A stretch of DNA of 64,000 nt from positions 37,027-101,026 of the IMG/VR virus record IMGVR_UViG_3300043120_000083, one strand, 5' to 3'. The notes under the pieces were generated by a model, which made no database searches, was not told the DNA's origin, and was given only the letters and a program-made list of their open reading frames with translations. Source of the stretch: a virus. Taxonomy: Duplodnaviria > Caudoviricetes. A program made the translations under genes and the position numbers. Shown here one piece after another: positions 20,366 to 28,982 of this stretch (positions are counted from its first letter, which is position 1; each line of letters opens with the position of its first letter).

Positions 20366-20492
20366 CGTCAAACTTGTATAAAATGGCGGGGATATGTAGC
20401 ACTGACGTATCAACCCGGCATAAACCTTAAATAACAGTGCAAGCGGGCTAAAAAGTCACCACAACCCCGCTTTTTTATACAAATTGTTGTGG
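20360..20492. repeat. attC-like site D
   Basis: GGCTAAC, arm 20374-20391, 73-nt loop, arm 20465-20482, GTTGTGG. Confidence 0.85.
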
Positions 20493-20505
20493 TGCGTTTT
20501 TGTTT

Positions 20506-20763
20506 ATGTTTGACAATTGCATATCACAATTAAGGCACGATGTTCAGAAATATCAGGATATATTGAACGCTATTGAACAGGCTCAACAAAAATTACCTGA
20601 GTTTAAAGTAAAGGGCCCTGGGTCAAAGCATGAGTTTTATCTCAATTGTATTGAAGACTGGAAAAAACAAATTGAAGAATTAGAGGTCACACTTTTACCA
20701 TCTATGAAAGAATTTGAAGAAAAATATAAAAACAAACACCATTTAAAGGAATTGGGTTTTTAA
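20506..20763 (+). CDS. Cassette gene, hypothetical coiled-coil protein
   Basis: ORF fills the body between sites D and E. Confidence 0.65.
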   Translation: MFDNCISQLRHDVQKYQDILNAIEQAQQKLPEFKVKGPGSKHEFYLNCIEDWKKQIEELEVTLLPSMKEFEEKYKNKHHLKELGF

Positions 20764-20767
20764 TGCA

Positions 20768-20861
20768 CCACAACGGTACGGCAATATGATTAGTTGCCAC
20801 ACCACAGACTTTGAAATTTAGTAATAATTTGACAGGCAATTAATTATATTGCTTGTCATAA
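20768..20861. repeat. attC-like site E
   Basis: CCACAAC, arm 20781-20798, 36-nt loop, arm 20835-20852, GTCATAA (GTC in place of GTT). Confidence 0.85.
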
Positions 20862-20875
20862 ATCTGATAAAAATT

Positions 20876-21064
20876 ATGAGGAAACTAACTCAAGAACAAA
20901 AACAAATGATGGATAGAGCAATAAAGTTTGCACCAGCACGACAGATATTTATGTGGGTGTGGTGGGAGATTTTTTGCCACCGAAAAGCAGATAAACTTAT
21001 AAAATGTGTAGAAGTTGGAATGACTTGGATCGCTGCATACACAATCGCAAAAAATGTGCGATAA
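20876..21064 (+). CDS. Cassette gene (integrase-proximal), hypothetical
   Basis: ATG at 20876. Fills the body between site E and the attI-like end. Confidence 0.6.
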   Translation: MRKLTQEQKQMMDRAIKFAPARQIFMWVWWEIFCHRKADKLIKCVEVGMTWIAAYTIAKNVR

Positions 21065-21075
21065 TTTTTATTTGT

Positions 21076-21105
21076 TTATAACTATTATATATAAATATTT
21101 ACCTT
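21076..21105 (-). other. attI-like primary recombination site
   Basis: The last body ends in TTATAAC with no hairpin, followed by TATTATATATAAAT, directly upstream of the integrase. Similar sequence at 39391-39412. Confidence 0.6.
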
Positions 21106-21118
21106 TAAACATTTGATT

Positions 21119-21928
21119 ATGAATATAAAACACAAATCAACATTAGGAAAATTTGAAAAATATCTTAACCTTAAAGGATATTCTAAAAGGACTATTGATA
21201 TGTATATTCATTACACAAAAGAATATATTAATAGTTTTAATAAGCCAGCCATACATTTAACAATTAAAGATTGTCAGAATTATATAGAATCATATAAATT
21301 TTCTTCTAAATCTCAACAAAACCAAATTTATTCATCTTTAAAGGCATACTATAAAAGTGTGTTGAATATTGATCTTTCACATAAAATATTTTTAGAACGT
21401 CCCAGAAAAGAAAAACGTCTTCCACAAATAATAGAGAAAGAATACCTATTGTCCTGTATCAATAATATCAAAAATTTAAAACACAAGTCAATAATTTCTT
21501 TAGGGTTTTCGGTAGGATTAAGAGTTTCTGAGGTTTGTAATTTAAAGATTGAAGATATTGATTCAAAAAGAATGATTATTAATATAAGGCAAGCTAAAGG
21601 GAGAAAAGATAGGGTTGTGCCCTTATCTCAGAATATACTTAATCTTTTAAGGGAATATTATAAACAATACAGACCAAAAACTTATTTATTTAACGGGCAA
21701 AATTCAATCAAATATTCTCCAACTTCCTGCAATAAAATAGTAAAGAAATATATTGGGGAACAATATCATTTTCACCAATTAAGACATTCATCCTTCACCT
21801 CTCTTTTAGAATCAGGAACAGATTTAAGGATAATACAAAAACTTGCTGGTCATCAAAATTCCAAAACTACAGAACTTTATACACATGTATCAAATGAGAC
21901 TCTTTCTAAAATAAGCCTTCCTATTTAA
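21119..21928 (+). CDS. Tyrosine recombinase, integron-integrase-related
   Basis: YSKRT..Y and SQQNQ..SSL N-terminal domain, RPRKEKRLP, GLRVSE, KGRKDR, HQLRHS, IQKLAGH, TTELYTHV. Catalytic residues R-K-H-R-H-Y are intact. Confidence 0.93.
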   Translation: MNIKHKSTLGKFEKYLNLKGYSKRTIDMYIHYTKEYINSFNKPAIHLTIKDCQNYIESYKFSSKSQQNQIYSSLKAYYKSVLNIDLSHKIFLERPRKEKRLPQIIEKEYLLSCINNIKNLKHKSIISLGFSVGLRVSEVCNLKIEDIDSKRMIINIRQAKGRKDRVVPLSQNILNLLREYYKQYRPKTYLFNGQNSIKYSPTSCNKIVKKYIGEQYHFHQLRHSSFTSLLESGTDLRIIQKLAGHQNSKTTELYTHVSNETLSKISLPI

Positions 21929-22392
21929 TGCAAACAATCACTATCTATACAGACGGTTCATGTTACTATAAAACCCGACAAGGAGGTTTTGGTGTTTATA
22001 TAGTAAATACAGGTCGGGCAATACATAAAGGGTACGATAACACTACCACAGCACGAATGGAGATTAGAGGGGTGCTAACTGCAATAAAACAGATAAAAAA
22101 CACTCCCTGTAGAGTGATAATAAAATGTGATAACGAATATTGTGTAAAAACAATCCGGGAAGGTTGGATTTACAAATGGGCACATGAAGGATGGGAAGGA
22201 AGAAAAAATAGTGATTTATGGCAGGAAGTTTTGGTAGAGATAAATAAAAGACCTAACGTTGTGTTTCGTTTAGAATGGGTAAGAGGACACCAAAAAGACT
22301 TGAATGACGAAGATACTTTCTATAACAACTTAGTTGATAAACTTGCAGACTATAAACAATTCACAGAAAGAGAAATAGATTTAAAAGAATAA
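21928..22392 (+). CDS. rnhA: Ribonuclease HI
   Basis: YTDGS, TTARME, KNSDLW, WVRGH and NNLVDKLA motifs. Confidence 0.92.
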   Translation: MQTITIYTDGSCYYKTRQGGFGVYIVNTGRAIHKGYDNTTTARMEIRGVLTAIKQIKNTPCRVIIKCDNEYCVKTIREGWIYKWAHEGWEGRKNSDLWQEVLVEINKRPNVVFRLEWVRGHQKDLNDEDTFYNNLVDKLADYKQFTEREIDLKE

Positions 22393-22397
22393 AACCT

Positions 22398-23858
22398 ATG
22401 AAAGATTCAATTTACCAATCAAAGATTTATGAAATTTACGACAACACAAACAAAAACATCTTTATTAATGCCAGTGCCGGCAGCGGTAAGTCGCATATTT
22501 TAAGGCAGTTATGTAAAAGAACACCTCCGAATAAAAGAATATGTTTTTTAGCTTTCAATAAAAGTATAAAAGAGGAAGCAGAGGTAAAATTCCCTCCTAA
22601 GGTTGACATCAGTACTTCACACTCTAAAGGCTATAAGATTTTACGAGATAATATAAATATGAATGTAACCCTAAATGAGAATAAAAACTTCATCTATTGT
22701 AAAAACACATTAAGAGATAAGAAATTCCCTAACCAACGTAAAAGAAATGCCTACTTTTTTATTATTAGTGACATCATAAACTTTGTGAAGTTAAACCTTG
22801 CCCCACACACAATAGAAGGAATAAATGGAATATGCCAAAAGTTTGGTATCCCGGTAAGCCCGGAACAAATAAAAGACACAATTAAGGTATTGAAAGAAAT
22901 AGAGAGTTGGGAGAAGAACTTGAACGGGAAGAAACCAAAGTTTATTAATTATACTGATATGCTTTATCTGGCTGTCACGAAAGTTAAACCTGAGAATTTC
23001 CCTAAGTATGATGTTGTGTGCCTTGATGAAGTGCAAGATTTTAACGTTCTTCAACAAAAATTAACACTTAATCTTTTGAAGCCTAACGGTAGATTAATAG
23101 CAGTAGGAGATGAAAAACAAAATATCTATGGATTCATAGGAGCTTCATTAGATACCTTTAATTTCTTCAAGAATAGACCAAATACTGAATCATTAACTCT
23201 CCCTATGACGTACCGTTGTGGAAAGAAAATAGTTGAGTTAGCTAATACTATCTTTCCTGAAGGAACAATCCCGTTTGAAGAAAATAAAGATGGGGAAATA
23301 CGTAAAGGAGAAGTAATAGGAGCAACTGATGGGGATTTGATTATTTGCCGGAACAATAAACCTCTAATTAAAGCATGGATAAAATTAGCTGCACAAAAAC
23401 AAAAAGCGTATATCATAGGCAAAGACTTCGGATTTACTTTAAAAGGTATATTGTTCGGACTTAAACATATTACGGACATACAGGTAGTTCTATCGGACAA
23501 AATAACGGAGTTAGTTGATTTAGGTATCACCAACCCAACTTCTAATAAATCATATCAAGCATTGAAAGAAAAATGTGATATAATAGAATTACTATATGAA
23601 GAAATTGGAGACCTAAGAGAAGTAACAAAAGTAATAGACAGTATATTCCAGAAAGATGAAACAGGGAAAGGAGTAAGGATGTCAACCATACATAAAGCCA
23701 AAGGGCTGGAGGCTGAAAGATGCTTTATCCTAAATTGGGGATTGTTACCTTCAGAATATGCAACAACAGAAAGCGAACTGTATGGGGAACGTTGTCTTCA
23801 GTATGTAGCAATAACAAGAGCAAAAAGCGAATTAGTATTTACAGAAATAGATGTTTAA
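22398..23858 (+). CDS. UvrD/Rep-family superfamily 1 helicase
   Basis: ASAGSGKS, DEVQD, VGDEKQNIY, TYRC, TIHKAKGLE and YVAITRAK motifs. Confidence 0.92.
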   Translation: MKDSIYQSKIYEIYDNTNKNIFINASAGSGKSHILRQLCKRTPPNKRICFLAFNKSIKEEAEVKFPPKVDISTSHSKGYKILRDNINMNVTLNENKNFIYCKNTLRDKKFPNQRKRNAYFFIISDIINFVKLNLAPHTIEGINGICQKFGIPVSPEQIKDTIKVLKEIESWEKNLNGKKPKFINYTDMLYLAVTKVKPENFPKYDVVCLDEVQDFNVLQQKLTLNLLKPNGRLIAVGDEKQNIYGFIGASLDTFNFFKNRPNTESLTLPMTYRCGKKIVELANTIFPEGTIPFEENKDGEIRKGEVIGATDGDLIICRNNKPLIKAWIKLAAQKQKAYIIGKDFGFTLKGILFGLKHITDIQVVLSDKITELVDLGITNPTSNKSYQALKEKCDIIELLYEEIGDLREVTKVIDSIFQKDETGKGVRMSTIHKAKGLEAERCFILNWGLLPSEYATTESELYGERCLQYVAITRAKSELVFTEIDV

Positions 23859-23874
23859 TATATAAATAATAACT

Positions 23875-24174
23875 ATGAACTATTTAATTCCAATCCCTAA
23901 CGGGCAATGCCTTTCAACTAAGAGATTGAAAGAGGTTAAAAAATTTATCCCTGAGAATAACGTTCTCAGGTTACATTTAGTAAATGAGAAACTTTCTCTA
24001 AATCAGAATAAGAAATACCAACCTCAACCGTACATCGTTCAAATAACTCAAAAAGAAATGGATGAAATAAAGAAAGAGATCAATAAAAAAGCAAAGTATA
24101 ATTTGAATGAGGTTTATATCCTTGTTCAATCTCGTAATTTACCAATTGTAAAAATAGAAGTAGGAAATGAATAA
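23875..24174 (+). CDS. Hypothetical protein
   Basis: 99-aa ORF. Confidence 0.55.
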   Translation: MNYLIPIPNGQCLSTKRLKEVKKFIPENNVLRLHLVNEKLSLNQNKKYQPQPYIVQITQKEMDEIKKEINKKAKYNLNEVYILVQSRNLPIVKIEVGNE

Positions 24175-26836
24175 ATACACAAGAGAGGAAGCTGTAAAAG
24201 CAGCAACGAAGTATTTCGGTGGAGATAGTTTAGCCGGGAATGTGTGGACAGATAAATATTCTTTGAAGGATTCAGAAGGGAATATTTACGAAAAAACCCC
24301 GGATGATATGCACTGGAGGTTAGCAAGGGAGTTAGCACGTATTGAAGCTAAATACCCAAACCCCATGAGCGAAGAACAAATATTTGGGCTATTAAAAGAG
24401 TTTAGGTATTTAGTTCCTCAAGGTGGCCCGATGGCTGGTATTGGAAATAATTTTGTAACAACATCCCTCAGTAACTGTTTCGTCATCCCATCTGCAAAAG
24501 ATTCATATTCAGGGATAATGAAGACAGATCAAGAACAGGTTCAAGTTATGAGGCGAAGAGGAGGTTGCGGACATGATATTTCAACCCTTCGCCCTCATGG
24601 AACAACAGCCAATGGAGCTAAACTTAAAGGGAATACTGGTTCTACTTTGTTTATGGAACGTTTCTCTAATTCAACAAGGGAGACTGCTCAGGACTCAAGA
24701 AGGGGAGCACTTATGTTAAGTATGGATATAAAACATCCAGATGCAGAAAGATTTATTGACATGAAAGTTGACACTAATAAAGTTACCGGGGCCAATATTT
24801 CTGTAAGAATTTCTGATGATTATATGGAAAGCGTTAAGCACAAAGGAAAGTTTAAACAACAATTCCCTATTGATTCAGAAAAACCCATAATGGAAAAAGA
24901 AATAGAAAGTAAAAAATTGTGGGATAAAATAATTCATAATGCGTGGAAGTCAGCAGAACCCGGAATTTTATTTTGGGATAATATTTTAAATGAATCTCCA
25001 GCTAAAGGGTATGGGGAGGATTGGAAAGAAACATCAACTAATCCGTTAGCCAATTAAATAACGTGCGGATTTAAAACCTCTTCTTATTGACTTGGACGGT
25101 GAACACACACCTACAGGGGGCAAGTTTAAATACAGCTTGAGAGACTAAGCGAAGAGGACACGAAAGTGTATGCGATAGTCCAGCGCACAGTAAGAAAGTG
25201 TTTGATACTTACGGTGTGAGGCGGTGAGATTCCCCTTAACCCACAAGATAGCTGTAGATTACTGGCTATCAACTTGTTTTCTTATGTGAATAATCCTTTC
25301 ACTAAAGAGGCACAATTTGATTTCGGTTTGTTTAAAAAGCATGTAAAATATGCCCAAAGATTAATGGATGATATAGTTGACCTTGAGATTGAAAAGATTG
25401 ATAAAATTATTGAAAAGGTTTTAAAAGACCCAGAACCATTAGAAGTAAAACAAGTTGAATTAAACCTATGGAAAAACGTAAAAGAACGTGCATTAGAAGG
25501 CCGAAGAACCGGATTAGGAGTAACTGCTGAAGGAGATATGTTAGCAGCCTTAAACATGGTATATGGTACTGAATTAGCCACTTCATTTAGTGAAGACGTT
25601 CATAAAAATTTAGCCATTGCTGCTTATGAGTCTTCTATTGATATGGCTAAAGAAAGAGGAACGTTTAAAATATGGGATAGAGAAAAAGATTTGAATGGTG
25701 GTTCTAAGTTCATTGATCGTATTTACAAACAACTTTCTTCAGAATACCAAAGGAAATGGATTGAGACTGGACGTAGAAACATTGCTTTGTTGACCATTGC
25801 TCCAACCGGAACAACCAGCCTGATGACACAAACAACTTCAGGAATTGAGCCTGTATTTTTGCCTTTCTATAAAAGAAGAAGGAAGACAGAAGACCCTGAA
25901 AAATGTGTATTTACTGATGAAGTTGGTGATATGTGGGAAGAATACATGGTTGTTCACCCTAAATATAAAATGTGGTATGAGATAAATAGAATGGGTTTTG
26001 TAGGTATTGATAAAGTAGATATTGAAGACCTCACGGAAGAAGAGATGGAAACCATCTACAAAATGTCTCCATATTACAAAGCAACTTCTAGTGATGTTGA
26101 TTATTTAGGTAAAGTTGATATGCAGGGTAGAGTTCAAAAGTGGGTTGATCACTCTATTAGTGTCACTATCAATATGCCTAAAGAAGTTACAGAAGAAACT
26201 GTAGGTGAAGTTTACATGAAAGCATGGGAAGTTGGCTGTAAAGGGGTAACTGTTTACCGTGACGGTTCCCGGTCTGGAGTTCTTATCTCAGGTAAGGAAG
26301 AAAAGAAAGAAGGGGAAATAATTTACAACGATGCCCCTAAAAGACCCAAGAATTTGCCTGTAGATGTTTATCACAAAATGGCTTTGGGTAAAGAGTTTAC
26401 TATCCTTGTAGGTCTTTTAAAAGGAAAACCGTATGAAATATTTGCTTTTGAACAATTATCACAGTCAGAATTTCCTAAAGAGATAGAAAGGGCAGAGTTA
26501 ACCAGAGTACGTAAGAATCACTACAGGTTAACCGGATACCGTGGAGAACAAAAGTTTGTCATCGAGAATATTGTGGAAAATATGAATGATGATGAGAAGT
26601 TTCAAACCCGTGATTTTTCTCGTAGTTTAAGGCATGGAGAACATCCTAAATATATCTGTAATGATATTGATAAGAGTTCTTTTGTGAGTAGTTTTAGGAA
26701 GGTTGTAAGTCGGGTTTTGAAAAACTATCTTACTAATGAGGATGTGAAAGACAAATGTCCTGATTGTGGGGGAGAACTTAAATTTGAGAGCGGGTGCAAA
26801 CAATGCGATAATTGTGGGTGGTCAGCCTGTGGATAA
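24167..26836 (+). CDS. nrdJ: Class II (B12-dependent) ribonucleotide reductase; exons 24167-25046 and 25221-26836, ~831 aa
   Basis: SNCFV, RRGALM, spliced TNPCGEIPL, TIAPTGT, SGIEP and a C-terminal zinc ribbon. Removing the intron restores the frame. Confidence 0.92.
25047..25220 (+). ncRNA. Group I intron, 174 nt, no ORF
   Basis: P1: exon AATCCGT pairs with GCGGATT at 25065-25071, with the U-G pair. P3 CCTCTTC/GAAGAGG, P7 GACTA/TAGTC, P8 with GAAA loop, terminal G. Confidence 0.92.
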
Positions 26837-26870
26837 TTTTAATATCCCAAAAATTTAAGTAAATAAGTTT

Positions 26871-26915
26871 AAACCGTTGTAACTTGTTCTAATAAAATGG
26901 GTTGCAACGGTTTTC
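26871..26915 (+). terminator. Terminator-like hairpin after nrdJ
   Basis: AAACCGTTGTAAC / GTTGCAACGGTTT followed by T. Confidence 0.65.
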
Positions 26916-27001
26916 TTATTTAAACTCAATATAAATAACAATATTTTTCAATGTTTCGCTTTTTTCATACATATAAAGTTTATATGTTTGCCGTTACAAA
27001 T

Positions 27002-27142
27002 ATGAACATAAAACTAAAGAAAATGAAAAGGTTTAAGATTAATAAAACAGATGTTATTACCATCTTAAAATTATTAGGTGTAGCGATATTCGCTTGCTTC
27101 CTTGCAATTATGTTTGCTCAGGCAATTATTTCATCTGTATAA
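27002..27142 (+). CDS. Small membrane peptide
   Basis: Hydrophobic C-terminus, downstream of the promoter at 26970-26990. Confidence 0.45.
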   Translation: MNIKLKKMKRFKINKTDVITILKLLGVAIFACFLAIMFAQAIISSV

Positions 27143-27149
27143 GATTTAC

Positions 27150-27382
27150 GGAGGAATGGCGGAATTGGTAAACGCACCCAACGTGGAGTTGGGCGGGGGT
27201 CATAAGATAAAGTTTTATGGCAAGTAGTTGAAAAACATCTCTAATGAACCTGAGAAATTCATTATATGTTAGTAAGCTGGCTTTATGTATGATGAAAGTA
27301 AAATGTCTCTCAACATTTGCAAGTAATTTTGTAAAGTATGAAACCTAATTACCCTATGCAGGTTCGAGTCCTGCTTCCTCCT
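27150..27382 (+). ncRNA. tRNA-like RNA with a ~164-nt insertion in the variable arm
   Basis: Acceptor stem GGAGGAA/TTCCTCC, type II D-arm TGGCGGAATTGGTAAACGC, stem CCCAA-CGTGGAG-TTGGG, T-arm GCAGG-TTCGAGT-CCTGC. Confidence 0.75.
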
Positions 27383-27538
27383 CACTTGCAAAATGCAGGT
27401 ATTAATTATTCCATTCTGATGAACCCCTATTCCTTACTTCATCAGTCTTAAATTTCCGGGGTGTAAAGTATGTAGGCGACCCTCAGTAAACGGTTCTGGG
27501 GTAATTTTTATCTTAAAACTTCATTAAAAGTTAAAGTT

Positions 27539-28426
27539 ATGAAAACAAAGAAAGTAAGGCCAGTATTGGTTAAAGGTAAAAATAAAGTTCATGATATTTA
27601 TATGATTGATAATTTAGAATATCAAATAGATAAGAAAATATCAATGAACGGTATTGAACAACAACTAATTCTAATCTCATTAGAAGATGAGAAGATTGAG
27701 GTTGGAGATAAAGTTCATTTTGAAATAATGAACGGACTGATATTTGTTAAAGAAAACTCTAATATTGGTTATAATCCAGATTTCTGTAAAAAAGTAATAG
27801 CAAATCAAGACCAACTGTCACCCGAACTAATTCAACAATTAGTTGATGAGTACAACAATGGAGGTATGAAAGATTTTGAGATTGAGATGAAAGATTGGTG
27901 TGATTATGATGACGACTGTACATGGGGAGGATTAGACAATTCTGACTATAGACCAAAACTAACTAATGGCTTTGTTACAGTTGCAGAGGAAAACAATTGT
28001 ACAAAAGATATTACTAATGGTTGGGGAAATTTGTCTAAAGAACAATTAGACGCTATTCATCCTAAAAAATCTACCAGAGAACAAGCAATGGAATGGTGGA
28101 ACAATCTCTGTTGGACAGATAAGTTTTTACTGATGAAGGAGGAGTTTTCTGATAGACACCCACAATCTTTAACTGGTAGAGAAATTGAAGAGATTTGGAG
28201 ACAATGGCATGAAGATTTTGTTTCAAAAGTGATGGGGGATAATAAAAAATTAGTCGATTTTGAAATGCTTAAGTACAGTTTACCTATGTTTGAAGCTTGT
28301 GTTGATAATTGTCAGCCAGAATGGAATAAATATACAAACAATCTAAAATTATTCTTTAAAAAACTTTCAGAATCCGGCAGTTTCGCACATAAAGCTCACA
28401 AAGAATTACAACGTTTAAATAAGTAA
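27539..28426 (+). CDS. Hypothetical modular phage protein
   Basis: 295-aa ORF. Confidence 0.7.
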   Translation: MKTKKVRPVLVKGKNKVHDIYMIDNLEYQIDKKISMNGIEQQLILISLEDEKIEVGDKVHFEIMNGLIFVKENSNIGYNPDFCKKVIANQDQLSPELIQQLVDEYNNGGMKDFEIEMKDWCDYDDDCTWGGLDNSDYRPKLTNGFVTVAEENNCTKDITNGWGNLSKEQLDAIHPKKSTREQAMEWWNNLCWTDKFLLMKEEFSDRHPQSLTGREIEEIWRQWHEDFVSKVMGDNKKLVDFEMLKYSLPMFEACVDNCQPEWNKYTNNLKLFFKKLSESGSFAHKAHKELQRLNK

Positions 28427-28497
28427 ACTACACCCTAAAGCATATAAAATCACTTAATTCTTTCTATTTATATGTGAAAGAGTATAAAATAATAATT

Positions 28498-28827
28498 ATG
28501 AGTATTTTAGAGAACAAAGAATGGGAGAAAGAATTTCAATGGAATAAAGACACAAAAAGTGAAATTGAAAAGAAAATTGAAAAAACAGCAGAAGATTATG
28601 CAGACCATCAAATAGAATATAATGAAGCAGAACCTTATGATTATTCTGAAATGGTCGAAGCGGTCATCTTCGGTATTAAATCAGATGTAGCTAAAGAGTA
28701 TCATACTAAAGGTATGTATTCAGAAAGAGAAATGTTCCTAAACATGCAATATTACATGGAACACTTGGAAAGAACAGGTGAATATGTATCCCCACAAAAC
28801 TGGATTAATAATCACAAACATTTTTAG
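28498..28827 (+). CDS. Hypothetical protein
   Basis: ATG at 28498. Confidence 0.6.
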   Translation: MSILENKEWEKEFQWNKDTKSEIEKKIEKTAEDYADHQIEYNEAEPYDYSEMVEAVIFGIKSDVAKEYHTKGMYSEREMFLNMQYYMEHLERTGEYVSPQNWINNHKHF

Positions 28828-28982
28828 GTATGAAAAACAATCAAAACTTATCATCTTGGCAGCTATTCACTAAAACCTTGAAAGTAGGTTGCTTGTTAAC
28901 TTTATTAGGTATCATTCTCTTCTTCATCATTCTTGGAATAGGTGTAGCAGGGATTCAATAAAAACTATAAAAACCAAAAGAC

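Larger units (their letters stand above)
18025..21928. mobile_element. Integron-like element: cassette array, attI-like site and tyrosine recombinase
   Basis: Five AAC-arm-loop-arm-GTT hairpins and one half-site separate bodies with self-complementary ends. The array ends 30-36 bp before the integrase start. Confidence 0.85.

Noticed and set aside
18154-20861. CRISPR array or a series of Rho-independent terminators
   Set aside because: The sites do not share primary sequence, spacing is gene-sized, loops are long and there are no T tails. Shared AAC/GTT cores and complementary body ends fit attC-like sites better.
21119-21928. Lysogeny integrase or XerC/D
   Set aside because: No repressor, excisionase or attP context is visible. 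It sits in a replication operon directly next to the cassette array. A second role cannot be excluded.
24167-26836. nrdJ as two genes or a pseudogene
   Set aside because: Removing the group I intron restores one frame and the NPCGE motif.
27150-27382. tmRNA or ordinary tRNA-Pro
   Set aside because: It has D and anticodon-like stems, no G3-U70 pair and no evident tag ORF. The loop lacks U33 and the variable arm is far too long for a normal tRNA.
27415-27500. Hammerhead ribozyme (CTGATGA)
   Set aside because: CTGATGAA pairs with TTCATCAG in a simple hairpin, and there is no correctly placed GAAA core.
28425-28460. Third attI-like site (CATATAAAATCA)
   Set aside because: No correctly spaced TAAC core and no adjacent hairpin or complementary body ends.
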